DNA from: Mayamaea pseudoterrestris
Taxonomy: Eukaryota
Direction of reading: 5' to 3'
Length of the DNA stretch: 64,000 nucleotides
NCBI GenBank assembly: GCA_027923505.1
Contig: BROI01000016.1
Coordinates: forward strand, 434,001-498,000
Shown here piece after piece: positions 23,980 through 34,447 of this stretch. Every line of letters begins with the position of its first letter. The first letter of the stretch is position 1. Under the pieces are notes generated by a model, which saw only the letters and a program-made list of their open reading frames with translations, made no database searches and had not been told where the DNA came from. Made by a program: the position numbers and the translations under genes.

Positions 23980-24762
23980 ATGAACATTGAAAATGGAAAG
24001 CCCGACGAGAAATGGTCGAGCAAGCCGTCAGTCGTCGAAGCTCAAGCGATTGCGATTCCGGAGCATGCAAATGGCTCGCAGGACTGCTTGTTTGCTCACC
24101 AAACTACTACGCAGAGAATCATTGCCGTATTTGATCATAGTGAAGAAGTCTTTGCCCAAGTCGTACGTCGCAAGCAGAAGCGTCGGATGGCCGCCGGAGT
24201 TTTACTCTTTCTCGCCTTTTTCATATTGGTAATCGTTCTTTACTACCTCTGGATATTTCCATTCTGTGGTTTACTGGTTTGTTGGGCCGTCATTGCAAAA
24301 ATCAAACGCCAAATTACGATTCCACGCACGGCAGTGACAAGCGGTGGCGTCATACACTTCGATAAGAATGGTAAGCAGGCACAACTTTCACATTGTTCAT
24401 TGCAACGACGACTCGACTGAATGAAACCTTACATCACCCGTTATCCTCGATTTTTAGGAATCAAGTATTTCTTTCCTCTCGTCGATATTTTGAATATTGC
24501 GGGTACTGGACTTACAGTTAGTGGAGACGTTGCTTTGAAGCTTGACAAGGACGTCCGCGCCTACCAGGAGCACCTTTCGCGTCTCTCATGCACATGCCGA
24601 AGCAACCGCTGGCAGTATACAATTTCTGGCATGCAAGACCCTGTCTTGTTTCAAAAGACTGTCCTGGCGCTCAAGAAGCAGCGTGGCAATGCTGATGAGG
24701 GGAGCGAAGGGCCGGAAATTGCCGGCGCATTGGACAAGGACCATGGACTGGACATGGTGTGA
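23980..24762 (+). CDS. Two-TM membrane protein, diverged third paralog; intron 24371-24457
   Basis: IIAVFDHSEE, RTAVTSGGVIHFDKNG/IKYF and DPVLFQKTVLALK; same intron position as copies 1 and 2. Confidence 0.75.
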
Positions 24763-24834
24763 TTTTGTAGCCGAGTCAACGACGCCTTGACAGTGGTCAC
24801 TCTCTTATAAGTTACGTGTATAATGACACATAAT

Positions 24835-24910
24835 TGTGGTAGGATAATATATACTCGTACATGCTTCACGACATTAATTGGCATGCTGCTACTGCCGACA
24901 CAGATGACGT
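24835..24910 (-). mobile_element. Terminal fragment of the 2.25-2.98 kb element
   Basis: TGTGGTAGGAT...CATGCTTCACGACATTAATTGG matches the reverse complement of the right end of copy 2. Confidence 0.75.
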
Positions 24911-24930
24911 CAAGCCAAATCCGATTAGCC

Positions 24931-25810
24931 TTATAGAACAGTGAAAGCAAGTGCAGCAGTAGTCATCAAGGCAGCAGATGCAAATGATCCAAGAAAGGAT
25001 GCTCCAGAGTTGCCTCCGTCGCTTCCACTGCCACTTCCTCCACTGCCATTCAACGGCGATCCATTCTGCGGCGCACCACCTCCATTATCTTCTGGTGCAA
25101 CCGTCGGCGCAAGCACATCACTCAGCAAGTCACCCTCGAGTGTTGTGCATCGACAAGTTGCATATGTATAAGTGAAAATGTAGCTGCAAACATCATCGCG
25201 CTTGTACACGTTGCGTGTGTTGACCAATTTTTGAACACTTTCACAAGGGAATCGACGCATTGTTTCGGGCTCATCTGGATCGGGGCTGTTTTTATATAGT
25301 AGTGCATGATACATTTAGCATGAGTGAGACAATAAGTTCGTGATGTGGATCAATTGACCAGACGATGAATTTTATGCCTGTCTATATTCCACAGTCCACA
25401 ATCCACAACTTATTCGTCCACTCTACACGCTGCAATAAATTTACTTACAAATTGACAACTGCATTTGGTTCTCCAATCATATTATCAGTTCCTTCTCCAC
25501 AAATATTGCAATCCTCTCGTCCCAGGGACCGAGTTGGAGGAGGTGAAGTAGTCGGTGTCCGTGTCGAGTATGGTGCATCCGTGGTTGGTGACATTGTAGT
25601 CGGAGTCAATGTAGTTGTTGCTACCAATGTAGCAGCTGCTGTAGGAATAAGAGTTGTCTGAACGACTGTTCCAATGGCTGTAGGTACAAGTGTGCCTGGG
25701 AGTTGCGTGCCAGCAGGAGTTGGTGTGATCGTTTGTGCCGTGACAAAGAATGAGGCGAGGTTTGGAGTCAGCACCAGCAGCAAGGCTAATCTAGCAGTCA
25801 TGAATGTCAT
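24931..25810 (-). CDS. Small secreted, probably GPI-anchored Pro/Thr-rich protein with a Cys motif; intron donor at 25448, acceptor uncertain
   Basis: Signal peptide, PT-rich stalk, CNICGEG...C...C...CRC, Gly/Ser linker and hydrophobic tail. Confidence 0.7.
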
Positions 25811-26217
25811 TAAAAAATGTAATCACAGCCTACAAAAGTCTCTTGCCGTGACAATTTAAGATGGTTGTGCTTGCTCTTGTCGAGGAGCCGATGCAGTCAA
25901 CTCGCGGTTTCGAAAATGGTCATGGTCATCGCAAAATCTGCGAGACATTTTCGTTACCGCTACGACTCGGTTGCTGTACCGGTGCGATTCCGTTTTCGAC
26001 CGCATGCCATGCCAAGCACGCGACGTCCACAATCATGGCGGAGGCGCAATGAAAGGTCATCTATTTTCGTGTTTTTCAGTTCGTTCTAGTCGCGTTAGAT
26101 GAACCAATTGCTCATTACACTAAAGGAGAGTTTGTGAATAGCAGCTAAACATCGCAAGGCTTCAAGTCTGCTTCCCTGTGTGGTCTTGTCGGCAGTCGGC
26201 AGAAACGCAGAAACATC

Positions 26218-27399
26218 ATGCAACAATCGACCTTGCAGAATGGATCAGTTTCTCGCATCTATCCGTTCGAACAAGAAGTGAATGAATACGAAGACGAAAC
26301 AAGACTCAATAGAGTCAATAATGCAGCGCACGAGTCAGCATTGTCCTCGTCGTCTACCGACTCACCGACCATCAGCACGAACAACGACGAACACGGCACT
26401 CCGTCGAACGAAACATTACTGGGAACCGCCTTTCTATCCTTCATGAGTTTTGCACTTTTGGAAATAGTCTTTGCTTTGATTGCTGGGTCCCATGCCATGA
26501 TGGGAGATGGAGCGGCCATGACGGTCGACGCCATGACATACTTGCTCAACTACTATGCTGAACGGAGGAAGAAAAAGTTGCTTAACATTAATGTCAATGG
26601 TGAACAAGTAGAAGCAATGGCAAGAGAGTGCACTTTGCAGCAGCAGCGAACCAAGCGTAAGCAAGTACTTCAACTCGAAATAATTTCCCCCTTGCTGTCC
26701 GTCTCGGCGCTCATGGTCATTACTGTTTACGTCATGGGCCAAGCAATTCATACATTGCTGCTTGACTTGCATCGGAGTCGATCAGAGCAATTGAGTCCAA
26801 ATGTTGACTTGATGATGGCATTTAGCTTTTTGAACTTGGTTTTGGACTGCCTAAATGTTTACTGCTTTGCAAAGGCCAAGCATTTGCTAGGCTATGCGAC
26901 GGTTGAGCAACAAGAGTGGGAAGGTGTAAACGGTGATGATAATGTAATTCAAGTGAACAAGCTATCCAGTGCTGCAAGATCCATGGAAGGGCGCCGAAAA
27001 TACTCGCTCGTTTGCGCCGATGACGATTACAATGCCCACGAGAACGGATGTAGCATTAATGGTTTGAAAGCAGCGGATAAGTCACCAGAGATGCGTCACC
27101 AAAATTACCATGACTCGCACGAAGACGACCAACATGCCAATCTCAACATGTGCTCCGCATATACACACGTCTTTGCCGATACGCTACGTAGCATTGCTGT
27201 TCTGATTGCTGCCGCCGTTGCCAAGATTGTGCCTGGTGTTTCTTCGGAGGAGGCGGATGCCACGGCTGCAGTTTTCGTTTCAATTCTAATAGTGTTTTCG
27301 TTGGTGCCGCTATTTCAAGGATTGTGCATGAGCTGCTCGGAGGTCATGGCAATCAAGAGGCTTGAACGCCAGGAAGCTGCTAACTGTAGTCCAGGATGA
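26218..27399 (+). CDS. Cation diffusion facilitator (cation efflux, ZnT-like) transporter
   Basis: SHAMMGDGAAMTVD (TM2) and NLNMCSAYTHVFADTLRS (TM5); His/Asp-rich loop; about 6 TMs. Confidence 0.82.
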   Translation: MQQSTLQNGSVSRIYPFEQEVNEYEDETRLNRVNNAAHESALSSSSTDSPTISTNNDEHGTPSNETLLGTAFLSFMSFALLEIVFALIAGSHAMMGDGAAMTVDAMTYLLNYYAERRKKKLLNINVNGEQVEAMARECTLQQQRTKRKQVLQLEIISPLLSVSALMVITVYVMGQAIHTLLLDLHRSRSEQLSPNVDLMMAFSFLNLVLDCLNVYCFAKAKHLLGYATVEQQEWEGVNGDDNVIQVNKLSSAARSMEGRRKYSLVCADDDYNAHENGCSINGLKAADKSPEMRHQNYHDSHEDDQHANLNMCSAYTHVFADTLRSIAVLIAAAVAKIVPGVSSEEADATAAVFVSILIVFSLVPLFQGLCMSCSEVMAIKRLERQEAANCSPG

Positions 27400-27648
27400 T
27401 CACTTGAATTTGACCTTGATGGGGCCGACGTTATGAAGCTGACGATTCTTTGATGTAGTCGAAGGACAAACGGAGCTTATGGACCACAGCCAACATATTC
27501 GACGACTGTGTATCGTTCTACAGGCATTCTCAATTCAAGCTGCCCCAGCACAGCACGACGCGAGTGCTTTGTGGTCGGAATTAAAAACCATATACAGCAT
27601 TTACTGCTATCTAGTTATATGACGTTACTTGCCGTACATATTAGTTAT

Positions 27649-27733
27649 TGTGGTAGGATGTATCCGGACATGCTTCACGACATCATGTAGCTAAACAGTC
27701 GAAAGATTTACACCGCTGCGACATTGCATGACA
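27649..27733 (-). mobile_element. Terminal fragment of the 2.25-2.98 kb element
   Basis: TGTGGTAGGATGTATCCGGACATGCTTCACGAC...CCGCTGCGAC..TGCATGAC matches the reverse complement of the element's right end. Confidence 0.8.
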
Positions 27734-27886
27734 TCTTTTCCTCGATGGATCCATCAAACCGAAAGCCGATCCACCATGACGTACTGCAGTTTCTCCGGTG
27801 CGACTAAAAGCGAACAGAGACAGCTGCCGGAAAGCGAACAGTTGATGTTTCGAAACCACTTGACCTCATAAAAAGCCTTGGGTGCC

Positions 27887-29739
27887 ATGAATCATCGCTT
27901 TGGACTCACTGCAGTCGTCGTGATACTAGCCTCCTTCCAACATGAATGCCACGGTTTCCTCATCCCTGCATCGAGTAGACATCATCATCACCAGCAATAT
28001 GATTTCCACAGACTCTTCGCTAGCAGCAGCAGCGAGGACAAGTACGACTTGATCGTCGTCGGCGCCGGCGTGGCCGGCGTCCAAGCCGCCCTCATTGCCT
28101 CGCAGGCACCCTACCACAAAAAGGTGCTCGTGGTGGACGCTCCCTTCGCATCCGGCAAGCTCATGGTCAATGACGAAGATTTAAGCATTGGCGCTCCCAC
28201 GGGACTCTTCAGCAAGGCGCTCCGCGATACATCCAAAAAGGTGAACGTTCCAGCGCTCCGCGGCATTGGACTGCGCGAGGAAAGCGTTTGGAACGAAATC
28301 ATTAGCAGTTGCGTCGACTTGGCGCAGTCCAATGCGCAAGATATTCGGCGGCAACTGGCCTTTGCCAATGTTGATTTAATGGAAGGACTAGCGACATTTC
28401 CGGATGGAGGAGCGACGGATTCGTTGCTCGTCACGAGAGATAGTGTCATGCAAACGATACGAGCCGACAAGATTTTGTTGTGCACCGGCAGTCAACCCTT
28501 TCGGCCGAGTGGGATTCCCTTTGACGGCAAGCGCATCTTTGACAGTGACAGCATCAACGCAATATCATACTTGCCTCGATCAGTGGCTATTACGGGGAGT
28601 GGTATCATTGCAGTCGAGTTTGCCAAGATATTTAGGTATGTGCGAGTTGGATGGTATTTGACTTGAAACAAATATTCGTGATTCATCGCTCAACCAATCT
28701 TATAACGTTTCATGACAGAAATCTTGGCGCCGAGGTGACGCTCATCATTCGCGACAATGTTCCACGAAATGCGCTACAAAAGATTGGACTCGACAAGGAT
28801 GTTGCGGCGACACTGGTAGCCGACTTGATTCGATCAGGCATTCGCTTTGAGCGTGGCGCCCAAGTGAAATCGTTTGACATTCCAGAATCGGCCAAAGCTC
28901 CCATTAAAATTACCTTGGAGGCCAGTCGCGGATCACCGGAACTTGGTCATGGTCGCGCCACTGAAATCAAATGCGACGCCTATCTCGCCGCTGTTGGTCG
29001 CAAACCAAACACTGGAAGTCTCAACTTGGCGGCGGCCGGCATCAAAGTCGACGAGTACGGCGGCATTTTGGTGGGACCAAGTCTCGCCACGACGGCAACC
29101 AGTGGCAACGTGTTTGCGGCGGGCGACGTGTTGGGTCGTCCGTTCCTGGCGAGCACGGGAGTGGCGCAAGGCAAGGCGGCGGTGGCCTCCATGTTTGGTG
29201 ACGCCGTTTCGAGTCCGCAGTGCCGCGCCGACGACGAAACCTGCAACGATGACGGCGTTAGTGCGGCGGGGGTTTCGTTTGATCCCGCGTCTCTGGCGGC
29301 CAACCCGTTTGCCTTTCCCACGGGTGTGTGGAGCTCACCAGAGGTTAGCCAGTATGGTTTGACCTTGCAACATGCACTGGAAATGAATATTCCAGCCGGC
29401 GAAAGCATTGCTTTGTACGCAGAGTGCTTGAGAGGCCGCGTGTTTAGCCCCGATGGATTGTTGAAGCTTGTCTACAATAAAGAAAACGGAAGAATTATTG
29501 GCGTCCACATCTGTGGCGATGATGCATGTGAGCTTATACACTACGGAATGGAATTGGTCAAGGGGCAGACAACAATCAACACTTTGACGTCGAGCATGTT
29601 CAGTGCCGTCACCTACCATGAAATGTACAGAATCGCAGCCCAAGCTGCGTTGGATGAGGCTGGGGCAAGGAAACGTAGGGCCGCAGCCGGTAAAGCTCTA
29701 GCTGAACGGCATAGAAAGCAAAGAGCAAAGGACAACTAA
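27887..29739 (+). CDS. Soluble pyridine nucleotide transhydrogenase-like flavoprotein (SthA/UdhA-like), probably plastid-targeted; intron 28636-28718
   Basis: YDLIVVGAGVAG (FAD), SKALRD, GSGIIAVEFA, FAAGDV, IIGVHICGDDACELIHYG; signal peptide followed by G-FLIP. Confidence 0.78.
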
Positions 29740-29986
29740 ATAAACCTGGTATGGGTGAATTTAAGGTAGAAGGCGTGCTCGATTCAAAGGTGTAAAATGT
29801 CGCGGCAGCCACAGGATTGTGGCTTGTAAAACACGGAAAGCTAAGCGTGCACTGGAATTTTCTTGCATGAATAGATATCCTACCACTACCAGTGTAACAG
29901 ACATTAACATGACAAATATAGCTAAGCAGTACCCGCAGTAACTTAACAAACATGCGTACGACATTGGTCTCCGGATAGGAGTCCGA

Positions 29987-32900
29987 TTAAGAGGAGAATC
30001 GACCTTCCGTGTCGTAGGGATCGATCATGGCGTGCAAGTGTCGAATGGCGCATTCCGAAAACATGGTTCGGTCAAGGCCAGTTCCAGCGGAAGGCACGTT
30101 TGAAGACCGACCGTAGCCTCCTTCCAACACTGATACCACTCTTCCTTGACAGCAAATGTCGGCGACTTCCAAAATCTTGCGCGTCGTCCAAGCATAGTCC
30201 TGTGGTTCAAGATCCAAACCAGGGCGCTCACCTCCCTTTTCGTGACGAGCGTTACCAACGTCTCCCTTTGCAGCGTCAAAACCAGCGCTGATGAGAATCA
30301 AGTCTGGATCAAAGGCTCGGAGTGCTGGCAGCAGACGGCTCTGAATCGCTTGTCGATATGCCAATCGACCAGTCAAGCCACCCGAAGCTCCTTGTCTTGG
30401 CAATAGAGTGCTTGTAGCCTGAGTCGATCCTGACTCACTGCCTCCGTCACTCACTTTAACATCACTGCCACGTGGAGTGTCGGTTTCTGATGCATCATCG
30501 TTAGAATCCGGCGATGATGACTTTTGCTTGCCGCGAGTATTGTGCTGACGTAGCGTGGATTGTGCCGAGCTGCTACCGGAAGACGATCTCCAAAGGGGAG
30601 TCAATGGGACATTGATTATGTTCAAGGCCAAATCGTCATCACTGCCAGTCCCTGGGTAAAACTTGTATTGCGTGTCGCCAGTTCGCTTCCGTTTATCGTT
30701 GTCGTACAAGTGAATTGAAAAAAAGAACAGCTTGTTTGGATCACGGCACCGGCGAACAATCTCCTCTGTGCCGTTTCCGTGATGGCAATCCAGATCTACA
30801 ATAGCACAGCGCTTGCAAAGTAAACGATCATCTGAAATGGCGTAAAGCGCGCCAGCCGCCACATTGTTAAAAATGCAAAAGCCGCACGACTCTCCGCCTT
30901 CTAATAAGCCACCGACGCCGGCGTGATGTCCTGGAGGCCTGACGACACAAAAAGCATTGCGGTTTCTGCCGACCAGGACACAATCGACAGCATGTTGCAC
31001 TGCACCAGCAGCTCTCCTTGCCGCCCTTAACGATCCAACACTAAAGGCTGTGTCAGAGTTGACATTCAGCTTCACTTTCGAATCGCTCATATTAATCATG
31101 GAGCGCTGTATATGAGGCGTAAAGGGAACTACGGGCGGCGAGCCAGTTTGATTGTCAACCGGAGCATCCTCTGACTCTTTCAGTTGGCGTTCAAGATCTT
31201 TGCTGAGCTGATTAACAAACGAAAGGTATTCCGTGCTGTGAATTCGACTTAGTAGATCCAGCTTTGCTCGATCAAAGTCGGTCGAAGCCGTAATTTCGTA
31301 CGGAAATACACCAGACGTTTCCGTCTCACCAGTCGGATCACTGGAAGGCAAAATGCGACGCATAATGGACTTGACTCGATCTGGAGCCTCCCAATCTGAC
31401 GTACTTTTGGGATGGTGCTCTAAACATTCTGGATGGTGCAGCACCAGAGTCTTGGATTGCAGCGAACGAAGAAATAAAATGGCTCTCGATTCTCGGCGGT
31501 CAAGGGCAGACAGTTTAACTGCCTTTTTCAGTTCAGTCTTACCGACCTTTTTCCCATTCGCTTCCTTGAATCGAAGGGATGCTAGCGAGTTCGGATCATC
31601 CAAAAAACCATCCGCAGCAACATCGACTGGCCTTCGAAAGTATTTATTCAGAACGGAAGGTCGCGCTCCATGAGTTAACAAAACTGTGGCAACATCAATG
31701 CCAACACGACCTGCTCGCAGCGCCCAGTGCAGCGGCGATTCGCCATCTTCATTCTTGGCTTCAAAGTTGCAATTCCTCATCACCAACTGCGTCGCAACTG
31801 CCTTGTCGCCGACTCGGGCTGCCCAGTGAAGAGCGTTATTTCCATGCGCGTCGATATTGTTTGGATTCGCACCAGCGTCAAGCAAATGTCGAATCATTGC
31901 ATTTGACACGTCGTAATTGTCGTGCGATAGCAATCCGAGGGCACTCGCCGAGTGCAATGGGAAGTAGCCTGCGGAATCTGGCTGGTTCAAAAATTCTACA
32001 TCGCTCGCTTCCCGTTGCAAACCATCCAAATCTAACCGCAGAATGGCCTTGTGCAACTCGGATCTAACAATATCGGGTGTATCGACGCATACTGGGTGCC
32101 TGCCCATCGGTTCCGTGGCAGCGGGAAAGCTCAAGGCAGTAGCCGCCGCCGCTGCATCACCATCGTCCAATCCAATCGTCGGCACAACACCATCGGCATC
32201 TTTAACATTGCCAACATTACGCTGCGCTCCCACGAGTGCATCTAGCTGCCCGTCCCACGGTGTTTGCGGCGACTCGTTGCCACGATGCCGCTTGAATGTG
32301 TCGACATCCATCAGGTGCGACGGATTGACAATCTGCAGCGACAGTCCCTTGCGCGCGGCTGCTAATGGCTGTTGTCCACTCGTTGCTGCATCGTTCAAGG
32401 GAGGCGCAGGCGCCTCCGCGTAGTAGTAGTCACGTTGCGCAGTTTCTTCGTCTTGTGGCAACGGTGGCGTGTCGCGTCCATCATCCATCAAATCGAGTGT
32501 TTCGTCATGTTCATCGTCGTTACTTGGTTGTTGCTGCTGACTTGACGCATTGCTAATGACACCGGCCAGCATGCGTGCAGCGGCAATCTCGGCCAGCTTG
32601 CGCTTGCCCGTGGCCGCCGGCGATGGTTCCGGAAAGGATGATGCGTTTGCCGACGGATCGGGCGCCACAATAGACATGCGCGCTTGCTGCTGTGGTCCGC
32701 CCCAGCCGTGAAACAGTTTCGGCGGTAACGTGTTACTATCCAATCCTCCCATGCGGGGTGGAGGCGGCATGTAGGCGGCTTCATTCGCGGCAGCTTGACT
32801 ATTGTTGTTATTGTTGAAATTGGAAATGACTTGGGCGGCCGATAGCGTGGCACTCGACGAGCGTCGACTCTGCTTTGGCAGGGGCAGCAGCGGCAAGGCA

Positions 32901-33754
32901 CTGCTAGTTGCACCAAACGGCGCCGACACTGCAGCAGCAAACGTACTACTACTCGCCGCCTTGGTGCTTGGCTTGCGCCGCCGGCCACTCGCCGAAACAC
33001 TGCTACCACCGACACCATACTCGCTTGCCGCTGCTGCACCATGACTATTTTTACTCGCCTGCTGCTGCTGCACCATGCGAATCATGTCATCCTCACTCGG
33101 AGATGCATTCGTACCACCACCACTATGTCCAGACTGCGCACTCTTGCCCATTTTCTGAAAGTACTTTTGCGCGTGCGTCCGCGTCTGCACCACGGTGCGC
33201 GTCTGCACGCGGGCCGCCACCTTTTTCCACTCCTTGCCAAACAGAGCGAGCCCCTCCAGAAAGGCTTCGTGCTCTTCCTTGGTCCACCGTCCAGTGTGCT
33301 CCGAGCCAGTGTCGCAAACGCTACTGTGCTTGTGGTAGCGGCGAGTTGTTGATGAATTTGGAGTTGGTACTGGTGGTGGAAGTGGGAGGGAAGTGTTGCT
33401 TGCAGTGTAACTTGTAGTGCCTGCTGCGGCTGCTAATGGAGTAAAACTTGTATTAAAAGCAGTCGCAGCTGCATGCATGGACGTTGGTCCCAGTGGCGGA
33501 GAATCCTGTCCTTCGCCGTCATCGTCCTCATCATCCTCATCAGTACCTTCCTCGTCGTCTTCATCTGTACCCTCGTCATCATCGCCATTTTCATAATCGT
33601 TTTCGTAAGTTGCAGCCGCGGCGAATAGGTGGCTGCTGTGGAGCAGCTTGGCGCGTCGACTGGGTGGCGATGACGATGATGTATGACTCTGCATTTGTTG
33701 CTGCTCACCGCCACTGCCATCCGTCAGGTCGAGAAACTGCGTATGCTGCGACAT
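29987..33754 (-). CDS. Fusion of a SHAQKYF-type MYB domain, ankyrin repeats and a class II-like histone deacetylase
   Basis: WTKEEHEAF...QTRTHAQKYF; GNNALHWAA and GESPLHWAL; RPPGHHA, GFCIFNNVA, DLDCHHGNGT, SAGFDA, LEGGY in one uninterrupted 1255 aa ORF. Confidence 0.93.
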   Translation of the reverse strand: MSQHTQFLDLTDGSGGEQQQMQSHTSSSSPPSRRAKLLHSSHLFAAAATYENDYENGDDDEGTDEDDEEGTDEDDEDDDGEGQDSPPLGPTSMHAAATAFNTSFTPLAAAAGTTSYTASNTSLPLPPPVPTPNSSTTRRYHKHSSVCDTGSEHTGRWTKEEHEAFLEGLALFGKEWKKVAARVQTRTVVQTRTHAQKYFQKMGKSAQSGHSGGGTNASPSEDDMIRMVQQQQASKNSHGAAAASEYGVGGSSVSASGRRRKPSTKAASSSTFAAAVSAPFGATSSALPLLPLPKQSRRSSSATLSAAQVISNFNNNNNSQAAANEAAYMPPPPRMGGLDSNTLPPKLFHGWGGPQQQARMSIVAPDPSANASSFPEPSPAATGKRKLAEIAAARMLAGVISNASSQQQQPSNDDEHDETLDLMDDGRDTPPLPQDEETAQRDYYYAEAPAPPLNDAATSGQQPLAAARKGLSLQIVNPSHLMDVDTFKRHRGNESPQTPWDGQLDALVGAQRNVGNVKDADGVVPTIGLDDGDAAAAATALSFPAATEPMGRHPVCVDTPDIVRSELHKAILRLDLDGLQREASDVEFLNQPDSAGYFPLHSASALGLLSHDNYDVSNAMIRHLLDAGANPNNIDAHGNNALHWAARVGDKAVATQLVMRNCNFEAKNEDGESPLHWALRAGRVGIDVATVLLTHGARPSVLNKYFRRPVDVAADGFLDDPNSLASLRFKEANGKKVGKTELKKAVKLSALDRRESRAILFLRSLQSKTLVLHHPECLEHHPKSTSDWEAPDRVKSIMRRILPSSDPTGETETSGVFPYEITASTDFDRAKLDLLSRIHSTEYLSFVNQLSKDLERQLKESEDAPVDNQTGSPPVVPFTPHIQRSMINMSDSKVKLNVNSDTAFSVGSLRAARRAAGAVQHAVDCVLVGRNRNAFCVVRPPGHHAGVGGLLEGGESCGFCIFNNVAAGALYAISDDRLLCKRCAIVDLDCHHGNGTEEIVRRCRDPNKLFFFSIHLYDNDKRKRTGDTQYKFYPGTGSDDDLALNIINVPLTPLWRSSSGSSSAQSTLRQHNTRGKQKSSSPDSNDDASETDTPRGSDVKVSDGGSESGSTQATSTLLPRQGASGGLTGRLAYRQAIQSRLLPALRAFDPDLILISAGFDAAKGDVGNARHEKGGERPGLDLEPQDYAWTTRKILEVADICCQGRVVSVLEGGYGRSSNVPSAGTGLDRTMFSECAIRHLHAMIDPYDTEGRFSS

Positions 33755-34447
33755 GATTTATTCGTATTCGTTGTTTCAGTGTTTGTTTGTGATTATAAAG
33801 AGATCCCGAAGCAGCAAGAATGCAAGAACCACTCGATGATTCGTGTGACGCCGTCTCGTGTCTTGATTTTTTGAAAAAGACCAGAAAGTATTAGTGAGAT
33901 GTAATGTTCAATGTCTTTGATTGAGACTACTACTATTGATTGTATATATTGTACTGTTTCAAGTAGCAACGATGAGGTACAAGCAGCGCTCAACGAGGTG
34001 CCATGGCAGCAGGTGTGACGTGACACTTTGTTCCACCGCGACCCGTATCTTGCGCGCGCCACAAAGATACTACCACAGCCTACGTAGAGAGTCACGTGGA
34101 AGGATCTCGACTCTTGACTCGCATGATAAGTTCTTACCTTGCTATTTATATATATACTTGTCTCGTTTTCGTTGATCCAAATCAAAGCTTTTTACAAAAC
34201 GAGACCTGTTTGCAATACAGCGCAATGATGGAGGAATCTCACTCCCAATGTCGCACCCAGCTTGGTCCGAATTCCACAACGATGGTTGGCCAAAATGACG
34301 GGGCATCCGATGTCTTTCATGAGGGTTCGAGTTAATATCGTTAGCTATCAGGCTGGTGTCTAGAGGTGCAGAAGAATTCACAGCAATATATTTAATAAAG
34401 AACGTATGACTATATAAACACCGATCAATTATTACTAATAGAACCTA

